Positions 17,947 to 27,679 of a stretch of DNA of 56,568 bases are shown piece after piece. The translations under genes were made by a program, and so were the position numbers. Source of the stretch: Dehalococcoidales bacterium (GTDB lineage Bacteria > Chloroflexota > Dehalococcoidia > Dehalococcoidales > UBA5760); contig JAGGZY010000003.1 of the NCBI GenBank assembly GCA_021161775.1, positions 1 through 56,568 on the forward strand, read 5' to 3'. The notes below the pieces were generated by a model, which saw nothing but the letters and a program-made list of their open reading frames with translations, had not been told where the DNA came from and did not search any database. Every line of letters begins with the position of its first letter. Positions within the stretch are counted from its first letter, which is position 1.

Positions 17947-18027
17947 TAACTTGACCCCAAGGTGTTAAACAGGATTTATTCTATCACTTTCTATACAATG
18001 GTCAAGATTTCTTACTTTCACTAAAAA

Positions 18028-21000
18028 TTACCCCTTAAACTCTTCTAATATTTCTATCCTTACTCCATCCTCACCCACCAGCTCTATTAGCTGCTGGGAA
18101 AGCTGGGGACAATAGTTAACTGACCGATTAGCCAGCCGGAGGGTGCTTACCCTAGTCTCACTGGTTATCTGAAGATTAACCTCATCCTCCCCGGGAAACT
18201 CCTCAAGGATACCAACTATCTTCTCTAAATAGGCAATATCACTAGTCTCATCCTCCGTCTGGGTGATACTGATTATCAATCGGCGGGCAGGGGTTGATAC
18301 CGGCGGGTTTGCCTCCTCAGCCTTGTTGGGGGGTGTTTCTAGCTGATAGTAACGCACTGAGTCACAGCCCAGCTGCACCTGTCCATTCCTCAGCTTCACC
18401 CTACCCTTGACCAGCAATATATTCCCCTCACGCCACAATTCTTCAGTAACGGCATAGACCTTGGGCCAAACCATTACCTCTATCCTGCCATCAAGGTCCT
18501 CCAAGCTAGCCGCGGCAAAGGCTTTCCCATCCTTAGTAAACAGGTAACGCACTGAGGCAACAACCCCTGCCACTACCACCGTCTGCCCTACCCGGCCAGC
18601 ATCAATCTGGCCACACATAGCAGTAACAGGCGATGTCCCTTTACCTACTATTGAGCTGAAGGGATGCTCCGAGAGATATACCCCCATCAGTTCCTTCTCC
18701 CAGACCAATTTTTCTCTGAGGGGAACCTCCATCCCCTTTAGTTCGACACCCGGCATCGGCACTGGCATTGTCTCCCCCCACAGGTTAAACATTGCCGATT
18801 GCCCTGTGGCTCGCAGACGCTGCTCCCGCTGTGCCATCGACAGAATACCACTAACATTCTGTAGTAACGCCCCACGAGCACCCAGTGAGTCCATTGTCCC
18901 CACCTTAATCAGGCTCTCCAGCATTCGCCGGTTCATCCCGCTCAGATCAGCACGACGGCACAAATCATCAACCGACCTGAAGTCGCCCCCTCTATTCCGC
19001 TCAGCAATGACAGCCTCCACCGGGCTAAGCCCCACATTCTTGATATCATTTAGCCCAAAACGGATAGACGAGATCCCACTACCATCCTTCTCAATGGAAA
19101 AGTGTAGCTGACTTCGATTTATATCTGGCGGCAACACCGAAATCCCCAAACGACGACACTCTTTAACCGCACTAGCCACCTTATCCGCCTGGCCGGTATT
19201 AATAGTCAGGAAAGCGGTAATATACTCTGCCGAGTAGTTTGCCTTAAGATAGGCAGTTTGATAAGCAATCAAGGCATAGCTTACACTATGCGCCTTGTTG
19301 AAGGCATAGCCGGCAAAGGGCTCAATCAAATCAAAGACCTCTTTAGCTACCTCGCCGGGGAATCCCTTTCGCTTCGCCCGGGTGATAAAATTGCGCCGCT
19401 CCTTCTTCATTACTGCCGCAATCTTCTTCCCCATTGCCTTACGAAAGATGTCAGCCTCCCCCAGACTATAACCACCAAACGCCTGAGCAATAAACAACAC
19501 CTGCTCCTGATACACCACTACCCCATAGGTTTCCTCAAGAATGCTAGCCAGCACCGGATGGGGATAGTGAATCGACTCAATACCGTGCTTGGCATTAATA
19601 AAGGTCGGGATATGCTCCATTGGTCCCGGGCGATACAGAGCGACCATTGCCGCGATATCACTGAAGGTGGTTGGTTTGAGTTCCTTAATGTAACGGCGCA
19701 TACCCGCCCCCTCTAACTGAAACACCCCCGCTGTTTCACCCGACGACAGCAGGTCAAAGGTTTTAGCATCATCCATCGGGATATGAGCTAGGTCAACATC
19801 AACCCCACAACTCTGCTCGATAATCTGTCGCGCCCTTCCCAGAATAGTAAGATTAGCCAGACCGAGGAAATCCATCTTGAGCAATCCAATACGGGCAATA
19901 CTTTCCATATTAAACTGGGTCATCAACAATTCTTGACTGTTAGTTTTACCCGCCTTCTGTAAGGGTACGCAGTTAGTCAACGGCTCTTTAGCAATAACTA
20001 CCCCGGCGGCATGGGTACTGGCATGACGAGAGATACCCTCCAGCTTCCTCGCCGAATCAACCAGCTTACGCACGATAATATCCCCATGGTAAATATCCTT
20101 AAACTCACTATTCTCATCCAAAGCCCGGGATAAGGTCATCCCTGGGGCCGCCGGAACCAGCCTAGCTACACGGTCAACATCACTATACGAGAGTCCTAAT
20201 GCCCGCCCCACATCCCGCAACACCGCCCTCGCCCCCAGTGTACCGAAGGTTATAATCTGAGCCACATGGTCCGGCCCATATTTTTGGGACACATAACTAA
20301 TAACCTCATCACGACGGTCATCCTGAAAATCTAAATCGATATCGGGCATCTCCTTACGCTCCAGATTGAGAAACCGCTCAAAGACCAGCTTATGCTTAAT
20401 CGGGTCAATCACGGTGATGCCCAGACAGTAAAGCACGATGCTGGCGGCGGCACTACCCCTCACCCCAAACAGGATATGCTGTTTTCTAACGAAAGAAACA
20501 ATATCCCAGACAACCAGAAAGTAATTAGCAAAGTGGGTCTTGGCTATCACCTCCAGTTCGTACTCCAGCCTTTGTCTTATCTCCGGGGTAGGCTCAGGAT
20601 AGCGCGGGGCAAAACCCTCCTCACAGAGGCTAGCCAAAAACTGGTCTGAGGTTTTTCCTTCGGGCAGGGCTATCTCCGGGATATTAAGGCGACCAAACTC
20701 CAGCTCAAGATGGCACATCCCCGCAATACGCTCAGCATTCTCCAACGCCTGAGGAATATCCCGGTAAAGCTCAGCCATCTCCTGAGGACTCCTCAGGTAA
20801 AAGTAATCCCCCGGCATCTTCATCCTTTTGTCATCACCGACCGTATCGTTTCTCCCGATACACACCAAAAGGTCGTGGGCAGTAGCATCTTCACGACGTA
20901 TATAGTGGACATCATTGGTAGCTACCATCGGGATATCCAGCTCACTGCTCATCGGGATGAGGACCTGGTTTACCAACTCCAGTTCTTTAGTGGGATGTCG

Positions 21001-21531
21001 CTGTATCTCCAGATAATAATCATCGCCAAACACCCCTTTATACCACCGCGCCGCCGCCTTCGCCTCCTCAACATAGCCTCCTAAAATAAGCTGGGGCAAC
21101 TCTCCTGCCAAACAACCAGAAAGAGCTACCAAACCCTGGTGATATTGCTCGAGGAGCTCCTTATCTATCCGGGGCTTATAATAAAAACCCTCCAGATTAG
21201 CTTTGGTAATCAGTTGGAGCAGGTTCTGGTATCCCTGCTGATTCTTGGCTAGTAGCACCAGGTGATAGTTTGTCTTATCCTTAGCAGTACGGCTAAAACG
21301 GCTACCCGGGGCTACATAAACCTCACAACCAATAATAGGTTTTATCCCTGCCTGCTTCGCTTCTAGATAGAACTCGATAACCCCGTACAAAACACCGTGG
21401 TCGGTTATCGCCAGACTATCCATTCCCAGCTCTTTAGCTCGGGCTACTAGCTCAGGAATACGACACATCCCATCAAGCAAGCTATACTCGGTATGAACAT
21501 GGAGATGTGTGAACATACTAACCCCTAACAA
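18028..21531 (-). CDS. dnaE: DNA polymerase III alpha subunit
   Basis: Has a PHP domain (HLHVHTEYSLLDG) and polymerase core motifs, at 1167 aa with no intein-sized insertion. The likely start is ATG at 21516 (MFTHLHV), 7 nt after AGGGG. Confidence 0.95.
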   Translation of the reverse strand: MLGVSMFTHLHVHTEYSLLDGMCRIPELVARAKELGMDSLAITDHGVLYGVIEFYLEAKQAGIKPIIGCEVYVAPGSRFSRTAKDKTNYHLVLLAKNQQGYQNLLQLITKANLEGFYYKPRIDKELLEQYHQGLVALSGCLAGELPQLILGGYVEEAKAAARWYKGVFGDDYYLEIQRHPTKELELVNQVLIPMSSELDIPMVATNDVHYIRREDATAHDLLVCIGRNDTVGDDKRMKMPGDYFYLRSPQEMAELYRDIPQALENAERIAGMCHLELEFGRLNIPEIALPEGKTSDQFLASLCEEGFAPRYPEPTPEIRQRLEYELEVIAKTHFANYFLVVWDIVSFVRKQHILFGVRGSAAASIVLYCLGITVIDPIKHKLVFERFLNLERKEMPDIDLDFQDDRRDEVISYVSQKYGPDHVAQIITFGTLGARAVLRDVGRALGLSYSDVDRVARLVPAAPGMTLSRALDENSEFKDIYHGDIIVRKLVDSARKLEGISRHASTHAAGVVIAKEPLTNCVPLQKAGKTNSQELLMTQFNMESIARIGLLKMDFLGLANLTILGRARQIIEQSCGVDVDLAHIPMDDAKTFDLLSSGETAGVFQLEGAGMRRYIKELKPTTFSDIAAMVALYRPGPMEHIPTFINAKHGIESIHYPHPVLASILEETYGVVVYQEQVLFIAQAFGGYSLGEADIFRKAMGKKIAAVMKKERRNFITRAKRKGFPGEVAKEVFDLIEPFAGYAFNKAHSVSYALIAYQTAYLKANYSAEYITAFLTINTGQADKVASAVKECRRLGISVLPPDINRSQLHFSIEKDGSGISSIRFGLNDIKNVGLSPVEAVIAERNRGGDFRSVDDLCRRADLSGMNRRMLESLIKVGTMDSLGARGALLQNVSGILSMAQREQRLRATGQSAMFNLWGETMPVPMPGVELKGMEVPLREKLVWEKELMGVYLSEHPFSSIVGKGTSPVTAMCGQIDAGRVGQTVVVAGVVASVRYLFTKDGKAFAAASLEDLDGRIEVMVWPKVYAVTEELWREGNILLVKGRVKLRNGQVQLGCDSVRYYQLETPPNKAEEANPPVSTPARRLIISITQTEDETSDIAYLEKIVGILEEFPGEDEVNLQITSETRVSTLRLANRSVNYCPQLSQQLIELVGEDGVRIEILEEFKG

Positions 21532-21609
21532 TGAAAATTCGCTTAATATTATAGCACAGGGCTAGTCTGACGGTGTAAAATCTAGCTACCAACTATTAGG
21601 GGGTAAATC

Positions 21610-22308
21610 TTGAAAACTTCGGGCGCGGTGACTAAATGGCTATTTATACTAACTCTGCCAGCACTACTCATATCGGCGACTATTGCCGTTGAATTCAATA
21701 GCCACGAACTGTATAACCGCGGCTACCAGAAATACGGGGTTAGCCAGACTACCGGGCTTAGCCAAACCGAGCTGGAAAAGGTAACCACCGAGCTAATCAA
21801 CTACTTTAACTCCAACGAAGAATACCTTAGCCTGACCATCATTAAAGATAGCCAGCCGTTTAAGCTATTTAACCAGCGTGAGATAGCCCATATGAAGGAT
21901 GTTAAACGACTGGTCCGCATGGATTACCACCTGCTGCTGGGAACCGCTATCTATATCGGAGCCTATGCCGGAATCTGTCTCCTCTGGCGACGAAGAAGAT
22001 ATTGGCGCCGACTGGTATGGGGGGTAGCTATCGGCAGTAGCCTCGCCTTAGGCGTGATAGTGGCTATGGGGCTAGCCTCAACAGTGATGGACTTCGACCA
22101 GCTATTCCTGAAATTCCACCACCTTGCCTTTACCAACCAGCTATGGATGCTTGACCCGACTAAAGACTATCTGATAATGCTCTTCCCCGAGGATTTCTGG
22201 TATGATGCCACAATGCTCTTCGCTAAGATAACTATCGGGGTATCAGCTACCCTGTGCGGGCTATCCTGGGGATATCTCAGACTCAGTAAACGACAGTCTA
22301 AAAACTAG
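21610..22308 (+). CDS. TIGR01906/DUF1461-family integral membrane protein (Lit-like)
   Basis: Has the EIAHMKDVKRLV motif, four or more TM segments and a FPEDFW tail. TTG start. Confidence 0.6.
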   Translation: MKTSGAVTKWLFILTLPALLISATIAVEFNSHELYNRGYQKYGVSQTTGLSQTELEKVTTELINYFNSNEEYLSLTIIKDSQPFKLFNQREIAHMKDVKRLVRMDYHLLLGTAIYIGAYAGICLLWRRRRYWRRLVWGVAIGSSLALGVIVAMGLASTVMDFDQLFLKFHHLAFTNQLWMLDPTKDYLIMLFPEDFWYDATMLFAKITIGVSATLCGLSWGYLRLSKRQSKN

Positions 22309-23540
22309 TCCCCAATACATTGTTGCATACACTGGGGGTCTAACTTCTCCCCACACAGTGCCTCATAGCGCTCTACCCAAGCTGTCCCTTCTAGCTCGTC
22401 ACCATCACATATAAAGTAACAAACAAGGTATAATTTCTTTCCCGAACAGCTCTCATAGGCTTCCTTATCTTCCATAGCTTCTTTAAGGTCAGTTTCTGTT
22501 ATTGCATCCCCAGCTCTCACAAAATCACGCGCATCTTCAGCCTCATTAAAGTAAGGAGCTAAACCAAGACCTTGCATGAGGTCATCAATGTTGGCTGCCC
22601 GCCCTGATTGCCCAAGGTCATCCGTAATTCCTTGATAAGGCTCAGTAGAACCTTCTCCCGGAGACGACGGGGCAAGCACCTCAAGATCCTCACCCTGGGC
22701 CAATCTTTGCGTATAGTCCCTCAGAAGGGCAGTATTATCCCGGCTCATCCAGTCGGTGACTTCAAAGTCATTGGTAGCATAAAATGTATCCTGGGTATTG
22801 CCCCCTGTAACCTTTGAGGTAGCATCCTCAATAACCCACTCCCCGTTAAGATAAACCTCAACCCAATAGTGGGAGGGGGTTTCTTCAGCCACCAGATTTA
22901 CTGCTTCATAAGGATAACCAGCATTATTCTTGTCTAACTTTACTTTCAATCTATTATATTCCTCCGGGGACATACCGGTTGTCAGTTGATTATCGTTAGC
23001 CGTTTCGCTTGGCTTAGACTTTGAATTCATCACCCGACATTTAAGCCCGTAATATTCAGCAATAGAACAGTATACAATTGCATAATCAAAACAAACACCA
23101 TAAACCTTGCCGTTATCCACTCGCTCATAGATTATCTCTCTGGAGGGAAATATCCCAGGTAGAAAGTAGTTCCAACGGATCGGATCAGAAAAATCCACAT
23201 AAGATGTGCTCGGACCAGCGTATATCATGTTATTTTCCTGCCATTTTTCTATACATTCGGCAATCTCGGTATCGCTACCGGAACAAGCTATACCAAGATA
23301 ATCAATATCCTCCTTGGAAAAGGTTGAGACCGGACTTTTCGCTTCAAATGAGGGCACTACCGCTGTTGGCTCACTGGCTTTGCCTCCCTCTGCAGGGCTA
23401 CCCCCAACATTCCCTCCCGCTATTGGCTCACTGGCTTTGCCTTCCTCTGCAGGGCTACCCCCAACATCCCCATTAGTACAGCCGAAAGCCGGGAGCAGTA
23501 ATGCCAACATAAGAACTACTACTATACCTCGTTTAATCAT
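22305..23540 (-). CDS. Transglutaminase-like (Cys-His-Asp core) lipoprotein with a duplicated N-terminal linker
   Basis: Has lipobox LPAFGC. The core reads GVCFDYAIVYCSIAEYYGLKCR ... SHYWVEVYLNGEWVIEDAT. Confidence 0.7.
   Translation of the reverse strand: MIKRGIVVVLMLALLLPAFGCTNGDVGGSPAEEGKASEPIAGGNVGGSPAEGGKASEPTAVVPSFEAKSPVSTFSKEDIDYLGIACSGSDTEIAECIEKWQENNMIYAGPSTSYVDFSDPIRWNYFLPGIFPSREIIYERVDNGKVYGVCFDYAIVYCSIAEYYGLKCRVMNSKSKPSETANDNQLTTGMSPEEYNRLKVKLDKNNAGYPYEAVNLVAEETPSHYWVEVYLNGEWVIEDATSKVTGGNTQDTFYATNDFEVTDWMSRDNTALLRDYTQRLAQGEDLEVLAPSSPGEGSTEPYQGITDDLGQSGRAANIDDLMQGLGLAPYFNEAEDARDFVRAGDAITETDLKEAMEDKEAYESCSGKKLYLVCYFICDGDELEGTAWVERYEALCGEKLDPQCMQQCIGD
23360..23467. repeat. 57-bp tandem duplication (two copies) inside the lipoprotein linker
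   Basis: 23366..23410 and 23423..23467 are identical at 44/45 positions. They encode GGSPAE(E/G)GKASEP twice. Confidence 0.9.
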
Positions 23541-23563
23541 CTTGAAACACCCCTTTAACCTAT

Positions 23564-23589
23564 TTAACCCCTCAACTTAACCCCTCAAC
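23564..23589. repeat. Perfect 13-bp tandem repeat (ttaacccctcaac x2) in the 5-prime UTR of the lipoprotein gene
   Basis: Read directly from the sequence. On the minus strand it reiterates a GAGGGG Shine-Dalgarno-like block. Confidence 0.85.
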
Positions 23590-23690
23590 CGCACCTAAAG
23601 TATGCTATTCGTTCACCTTTTATTATAGAATATTAGAACATTCCCATCCAACTATAATAGCAGAATACCCATCTCAATATTAGCGTATTC

Positions 23691-23719
23691 TTGACCCTAA
23701 CTAATCAAAAGACTATTAT
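23691..23719 (+). promoter_or_regulatory. Sigma-70-type promoter for trxA
   Basis: TTGACC (23691..23696), a 17-nt spacer, then TATTAT (23714..23719). It lies about 40 nt upstream of the ATG. Confidence 0.5.
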
Positions 23720-23757
23720 AGATTTAGTAATCTGGAAGTCTGGAGGAGATTGACCCG

Positions 23758-24075
23758 ATGGTAATAACAGTTACTGACCAGAATTTTGAGACCGAGGTGC
23801 TAAAATCTGATGTACCGGTAATGATTGACCTGTGGGCACCCTGGTGCGGACCCTGCCGAATGGTAGCCCCGGTAGTAGACAAGCTAGCCGAAAAGTATGA
23901 TGGCAAGGTTAAGTTTTGTCGGCTAGATGTCGATGAAAATCAACAAACCGCAGCTAGGTACCGAATTATGTCTATCCCTACTCTAATGTTCTTTAAGAAT
24001 GGTCAGGTAGTCGATACTGTTATTGGAGCCGTCCCTGAGCGAGTCCTTCAACCTAAAATCGATGCCCTTCTTTAA
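23758..24075 (+). CDS. trxA: Thioredoxin
   Basis: Has the WAPWCGPCR active site and is 105 aa long. Confidence 0.93.
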   Translation: MVITVTDQNFETEVLKSDVPVMIDLWAPWCGPCRMVAPVVDKLAEKYDGKVKFCRLDVDENQQTAARYRIMSIPTLMFFKNGQVVDTVIGAVPERVLQPKIDALL

Positions 24076-24105
24076 TCTGCCCAATGCCCATAAGGAGGTA
24101 TCAAA

Positions 24106-24411
24106 ATGGCCATCGCTGAGATTAACATCATCCCCCTCGGCACCAAAACCCCGGGGGTCAGTAGATATCTGGTACCAGCACTCAATGTCCTGAAGCAGGA
24201 AACGAAGGTAAGGTATGAGCTAGGCTCAATGGCTACCATAGTGGAGGGAGACCTAGACGATATCCTTGAAGTGGCAAAGAAAATGCACCAGAACACCTTC
24301 GGGGATGAGGTCAAACGGGTAGTTACCACCATCAAGATTGATGACCGTACCGACAAAACCCTGAGTACCAGAGGCAAGATGGCATCCCTAATGAAGGAAC
24401 TGAAACGCTAG
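24106..24411 (+). CDS. MTH1187/YkoF-like thiamine-binding family protein (DUF77)
   Basis: About 100 aa, with an INIIPLGT N-terminus and the family layout. Confidence 0.65.
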   Translation: MAIAEINIIPLGTKTPGVSRYLVPALNVLKQETKVRYELGSMATIVEGDLDDILEVAKKMHQNTFGDEVKRVVTTIKIDDRTDKTLSTRGKMASLMKELKR

Positions 24412-24445
24412 CTAATGATGGATACCCTTAGAAATTATATTTGAT

Positions 24446-25150
24446 TTGATGTATCCAGCCGGCAAGAGATTGGGTATGGCATTTGATAATCAGCTAGCAG
24501 CTAAGTATGACCGGTGGTATCAGGAACCCAAAGGGCGATACTGTGACGCCATGGAAAAGGAGCTTTTCCAACGGTTAGTCCAGCCCCGGCGGGGAGAGAG
24601 CCTGCTTGAGGTAGGCTGTGGAACAGGACATAATCTGAAATTCTTCCGGGGGCTGGGGCTAGATATTACCGGCACTGACATCTCCGATGCGATGCTCCAG
24701 ATAGCAGCCCACCAACTCGGCGCCGAGGCTAGGTTATCCCGGCAGCCCGCTAGCCATTTATCATTCGGTGATAATTCCTTTGACATCGTCGTCTTGATTA
24801 CCGCTCTGGAGTTTATGGCTGACCCAATAGCCGCTCTGAAAGAGGCAGCCCGAGTATCCCGAGACCGGCTGTATATCGGTACCCTAAACAAACTATCCAC
24901 CCTCGGTATTAACCGCCGCCTCAAGGGGAAACTTAAGCCGAGCGTGTATAACCAGGCTCAGTTTTACAATATTGGGGAAATAAAAGGGATGCTGAGTAAG
25001 GCATTAGATAACGCCCGGTTTGACTGGGCAAGCGCTCTATTCATCCCCCTCCGCTGGTATCAGCACTGGGGGCGTTTAGACCGTTCTCTCTCCTTCCACC
25101 ACAACCCTCTGGGAGCCTTCCTTGGTATCTGTGTCGTAAAACCCCGCTAA
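24446..25150 (+). CDS. Class I SAM-dependent methyltransferase
   Basis: Has motif I LLEVGCGTGHN and post-I GTDISDAM. Confidence 0.8.
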   Translation: MMYPAGKRLGMAFDNQLAAKYDRWYQEPKGRYCDAMEKELFQRLVQPRRGESLLEVGCGTGHNLKFFRGLGLDITGTDISDAMLQIAAHQLGAEARLSRQPASHLSFGDNSFDIVVLITALEFMADPIAALKEAARVSRDRLYIGTLNKLSTLGINRRLKGKLKPSVYNQAQFYNIGEIKGMLSKALDNARFDWASALFIPLRWYQHWGRLDRSLSFHHNPLGAFLGICVVKPR

Positions 25151-25154
25151 AAGC

Positions 25155-26294
25155 TCACTCCTCCTCGGTTAACCGCCTGACCCAGAGCCGGGGTGATGTC
25201 GAGATAACCTGCTTTAGCGCTGTCAGTTTTTGCCGGAATTCCTCAGCCACCGTTTCGTCAGCCGCCAGTTGTTTCAGCTTGGATGAGTCAAGGCTCAATA
25301 CCCGGTCCCACAGACCCTCCGGCTCAAGCAGCATCCTAACCTCATCCGGATTAAAGCCGATTTTCTCCACCAGCTTATAGGTAATGGCATGCTTCCTGCT
25401 GAATACCCGATTTAATTCCCTAACCTGACAGAAATCAATGACAGTCTGCTTTATCTCTTCCAGTTCGAGCTTTAGCTCTTTTATTTGAGCCTGCAAGGAA
25501 ACATAACGCTCAACCGTATCGGCGACATTCAGCTCGGAGAGGGCATGCTGAAGCTCAGGCTTAACCTCCTCATATTGCTGCCGAAAATAGGGGCAATGCT
25601 CAGCGAAATCACAAGGACAATACTGGTTCTCCAGCGCCGGAAACTGCTGTTGGGCAATACCCTCAGCAACCCCCACTACCAGACGTCGGGCATTATCCAG
25701 CTGAATCTTGCTTCTTGGACCACAGCTACAAGGGGTATTTGACCGTAGGTGATACAGGGTAAGTCGGTCCACAGGGAGCGACCACATCTGCTCTACGGCT
25801 AACTGATACAGGGTTAACTGAAGATTCTTCTCCAGATTGTCCTGAGTAAACAGCTCCCGACTTGATTTATAGTCAACAATGGCTATCCCACCGCTAGACA
25901 GCTTATCTACCCGATCAATAAACCCCCTCAGCTTCACCCCTTCAATATCAATATAGAACAGCTTCTCCACCGCCAGCGGCATTCTGAAATCAGCATGATG
26001 AATCTGCCAGAATCTGGTGAGTATATCCCGACCGTAAACCCGATATTTGGCTTCCTCCTCAGCCGAGCTATAGCCTTCAGCAAGCCACTTCTTCTCATAA
26101 TAGTCCAGTAAGTCCTCCAGCGACGGTGGGAATGGTACCTTAACCTTAAAGAAATACTCAGCACAGATATGCAGGGTTTTACCAAAGCTAAAATACCACT
26201 TATCCTTGGGCTTTAGCCCATCAATATACTGCAACCTATACTGCAGGGGGCAGGTCTGATACAGGGCAATCTGAGTATAACTTAACGGTCTCAT
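25155..26294 (-). CDS. PD-(D/E)XK nuclease-family protein (Cas4/AddB-like with a 4-Cys cluster) carrying a long C-terminal extension
   Basis: Has an N-terminal YQTCPLQYRLQYI, GFIDRVD ... IVDYKS and QLTLYQL. Cys15 plus CPCDFAEHCPY supplies the cluster. About 140 further residues have coiled-coil character. Confidence 0.7.
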   Translation of the reverse strand: MRPLSYTQIALYQTCPLQYRLQYIDGLKPKDKWYFSFGKTLHICAEYFFKVKVPFPPSLEDLLDYYEKKWLAEGYSSAEEEAKYRVYGRDILTRFWQIHHADFRMPLAVEKLFYIDIEGVKLRGFIDRVDKLSSGGIAIVDYKSSRELFTQDNLEKNLQLTLYQLAVEQMWSLPVDRLTLYHLRSNTPCSCGPRSKIQLDNARRLVVGVAEGIAQQQFPALENQYCPCDFAEHCPYFRQQYEEVKPELQHALSELNVADTVERYVSLQAQIKELKLELEEIKQTVIDFCQVRELNRVFSRKHAITYKLVEKIGFNPDEVRMLLEPEGLWDRVLSLDSSKLKQLAADETVAEEFRQKLTALKQVISTSPRLWVRRLTEEE

Positions 26295-26369
26295 CTAGCC
26301 TCCACTTTAGTCTAAGTAACCTACCGGTGATAGTCAATACCTGGGGTCAAATTGATTAGCCATTAACCC

Positions 26370-27074
26370 TTGTTATATAATACGACAATGGAAAATATAT
26401 CAGCCCCGGCCGCTTTTATTGCTGGGTTGCTCTCTTTTCTCTCGCCCTGCGTCTTGCCTCTGGTCCCGGTATATCTGGCTAGTCTGGCTGGTCCTGAGAT
26501 ACTCGACGATAAAGCTGATAAGAAGAACGCCCATATCTTTCTCCACTCTCTTAGTTTTGTAGTCGGTTTTTCTATAGTCTTCGTTATCTTAGGCGCCGGG
26601 GCGGGTCTAGCTGGATTAGCTATCAGTGCCCATCTCGATGTAATCCAAAAGGTAGCTGGCATCTTGCTTATTGTCTTCGGTGGCCTAATGCTGCTTTCCC
26701 AGAAAGTACCCCAGCTGAACTTCCAAAAACGCCTAACCCCGTCCCAGAGTCGAACTACCGGTTACCTGCGTTCTCTGGCAACAGGTAGTATCTTTGCCTT
26801 GGCTTGGACTCCCTGTATTAGTTATACCCTAGGCGGTATCCTGATGCTAGCCATGGCTTCGGAAACAGCACGACAGGGGGCATCACTGCTCGCCATCTAT
26901 TCTCTGGGGCTGGGGATTCCATTTCTGATAATTGGTGCCGCCTTTGATTCAGTAGCCCCGCGGCTGCGGCGTATCCAGCGTCACTCCAGGGTAATCTATA
27001 TCGTTAGTGGTATCCTGCTTGGGGTGCTGGGGATACTTATCCTGACCGGCAGGCTTAGTTTATTATCCACCTAG
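26370..27074 (+). CDS. ccdA: Cytochrome c biogenesis / thiol-disulfide electron transporter CcdA (DsbD-type membrane core)
   Basis: Has the LSFLSPCVLPLVPVYL motif and a second WTPCI motif. The likely real start is ATG at 26388. Confidence 0.88.
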   Translation: MLYNTTMENISAPAAFIAGLLSFLSPCVLPLVPVYLASLAGPEILDDKADKKNAHIFLHSLSFVVGFSIVFVILGAGAGLAGLAISAHLDVIQKVAGILLIVFGGLMLLSQKVPQLNFQKRLTPSQSRTTGYLRSLATGSIFALAWTPCISYTLGGILMLAMASETARQGASLLAIYSLGLGIPFLIIGAAFDSVAPRLRRIQRHSRVIYIVSGILLGVLGILILTGRLSLLST

Positions 27075-27093
27075 TTTAGTGTTAAAATAAAGA

Positions 27094-27627
27094 TTGAGGT
27101 TTAGAATGAGCAAAACAGTAAGGGTAATACTAACTGTAATGTTAGCTTCGCTTAGTCTAGGACTGGTAATAGCCGGTTGCTCCCGAGACTCAGCGCCACC
27201 AAAGGCAATAGTCGGTCAGCAGGCTCCCGATTTCCAGCTACCCGACATCGACGGGCAAATGGTCTCCCTCAGCGACTTTAGCGGCCAGCCGATATTAATC
27301 AACTTCTGGGGCACCGGTTGTCCTCCTTGCATCAGCGAGATGCCCTCCCTGCAACAGGTATATGAAGACACGCAGGGGAAAGAGCTGGTGATGCTGGCTA
27401 TCCACGTCGGGGGAAACCCAACCTCGGTAAGGCAGTTCATGGAGGAATACAATCTTTCCCTTCCCGTGCTGATTGACGCCAAGGGCACCATAGCTCAGCA
27501 ATATAACATAAGAGGCATTCCGACTACTTTCCTTATCGATAAAAATGGTATAATTCAGGAGAAGCTAATTGGTGCCTTTCCTAACTCGGCAGCGATAACC
27601 AAGAGGATAGCCAAGATTATGCCCTAA
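27094..27627 (+). CDS. TlpA/ResA-family thiol-disulfide oxidoreductase, lipoprotein
   Basis: Has lipobox IAGC, the thioredoxin fold motif FWGTGCPPC and GIPTTFLID. Confidence 0.88.
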   Translation: MRFRMSKTVRVILTVMLASLSLGLVIAGCSRDSAPPKAIVGQQAPDFQLPDIDGQMVSLSDFSGQPILINFWGTGCPPCISEMPSLQQVYEDTQGKELVMLAIHVGGNPTSVRQFMEEYNLSLPVLIDAKGTIAQQYNIRGIPTTFLIDKNGIIQEKLIGAFPNSAAITKRIAKIMP

Positions 27628-27679
27628 CCAGCAAGCTACTGATTAAACCAACCACCCATCAATTCACAAGGGGTTAGAT

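Noticed and set aside
19258-19716. 152-aa plus-strand ORF, together with other 80-125-aa ORFs inside dnaE (18806..19111, 20392..20649, 20710..21084)
   Set aside because: All lie antisense within the conserved 1167-aa dnaE frame and lack motifs or start signals.
23564-23589. Short tandem repeats as a CRISPR array or array remnant
   Set aside because: There are only two adjacent 13-bp units with no spacers. No other repeat-spacer periodicity and no cas genes were seen anywhere in the window.
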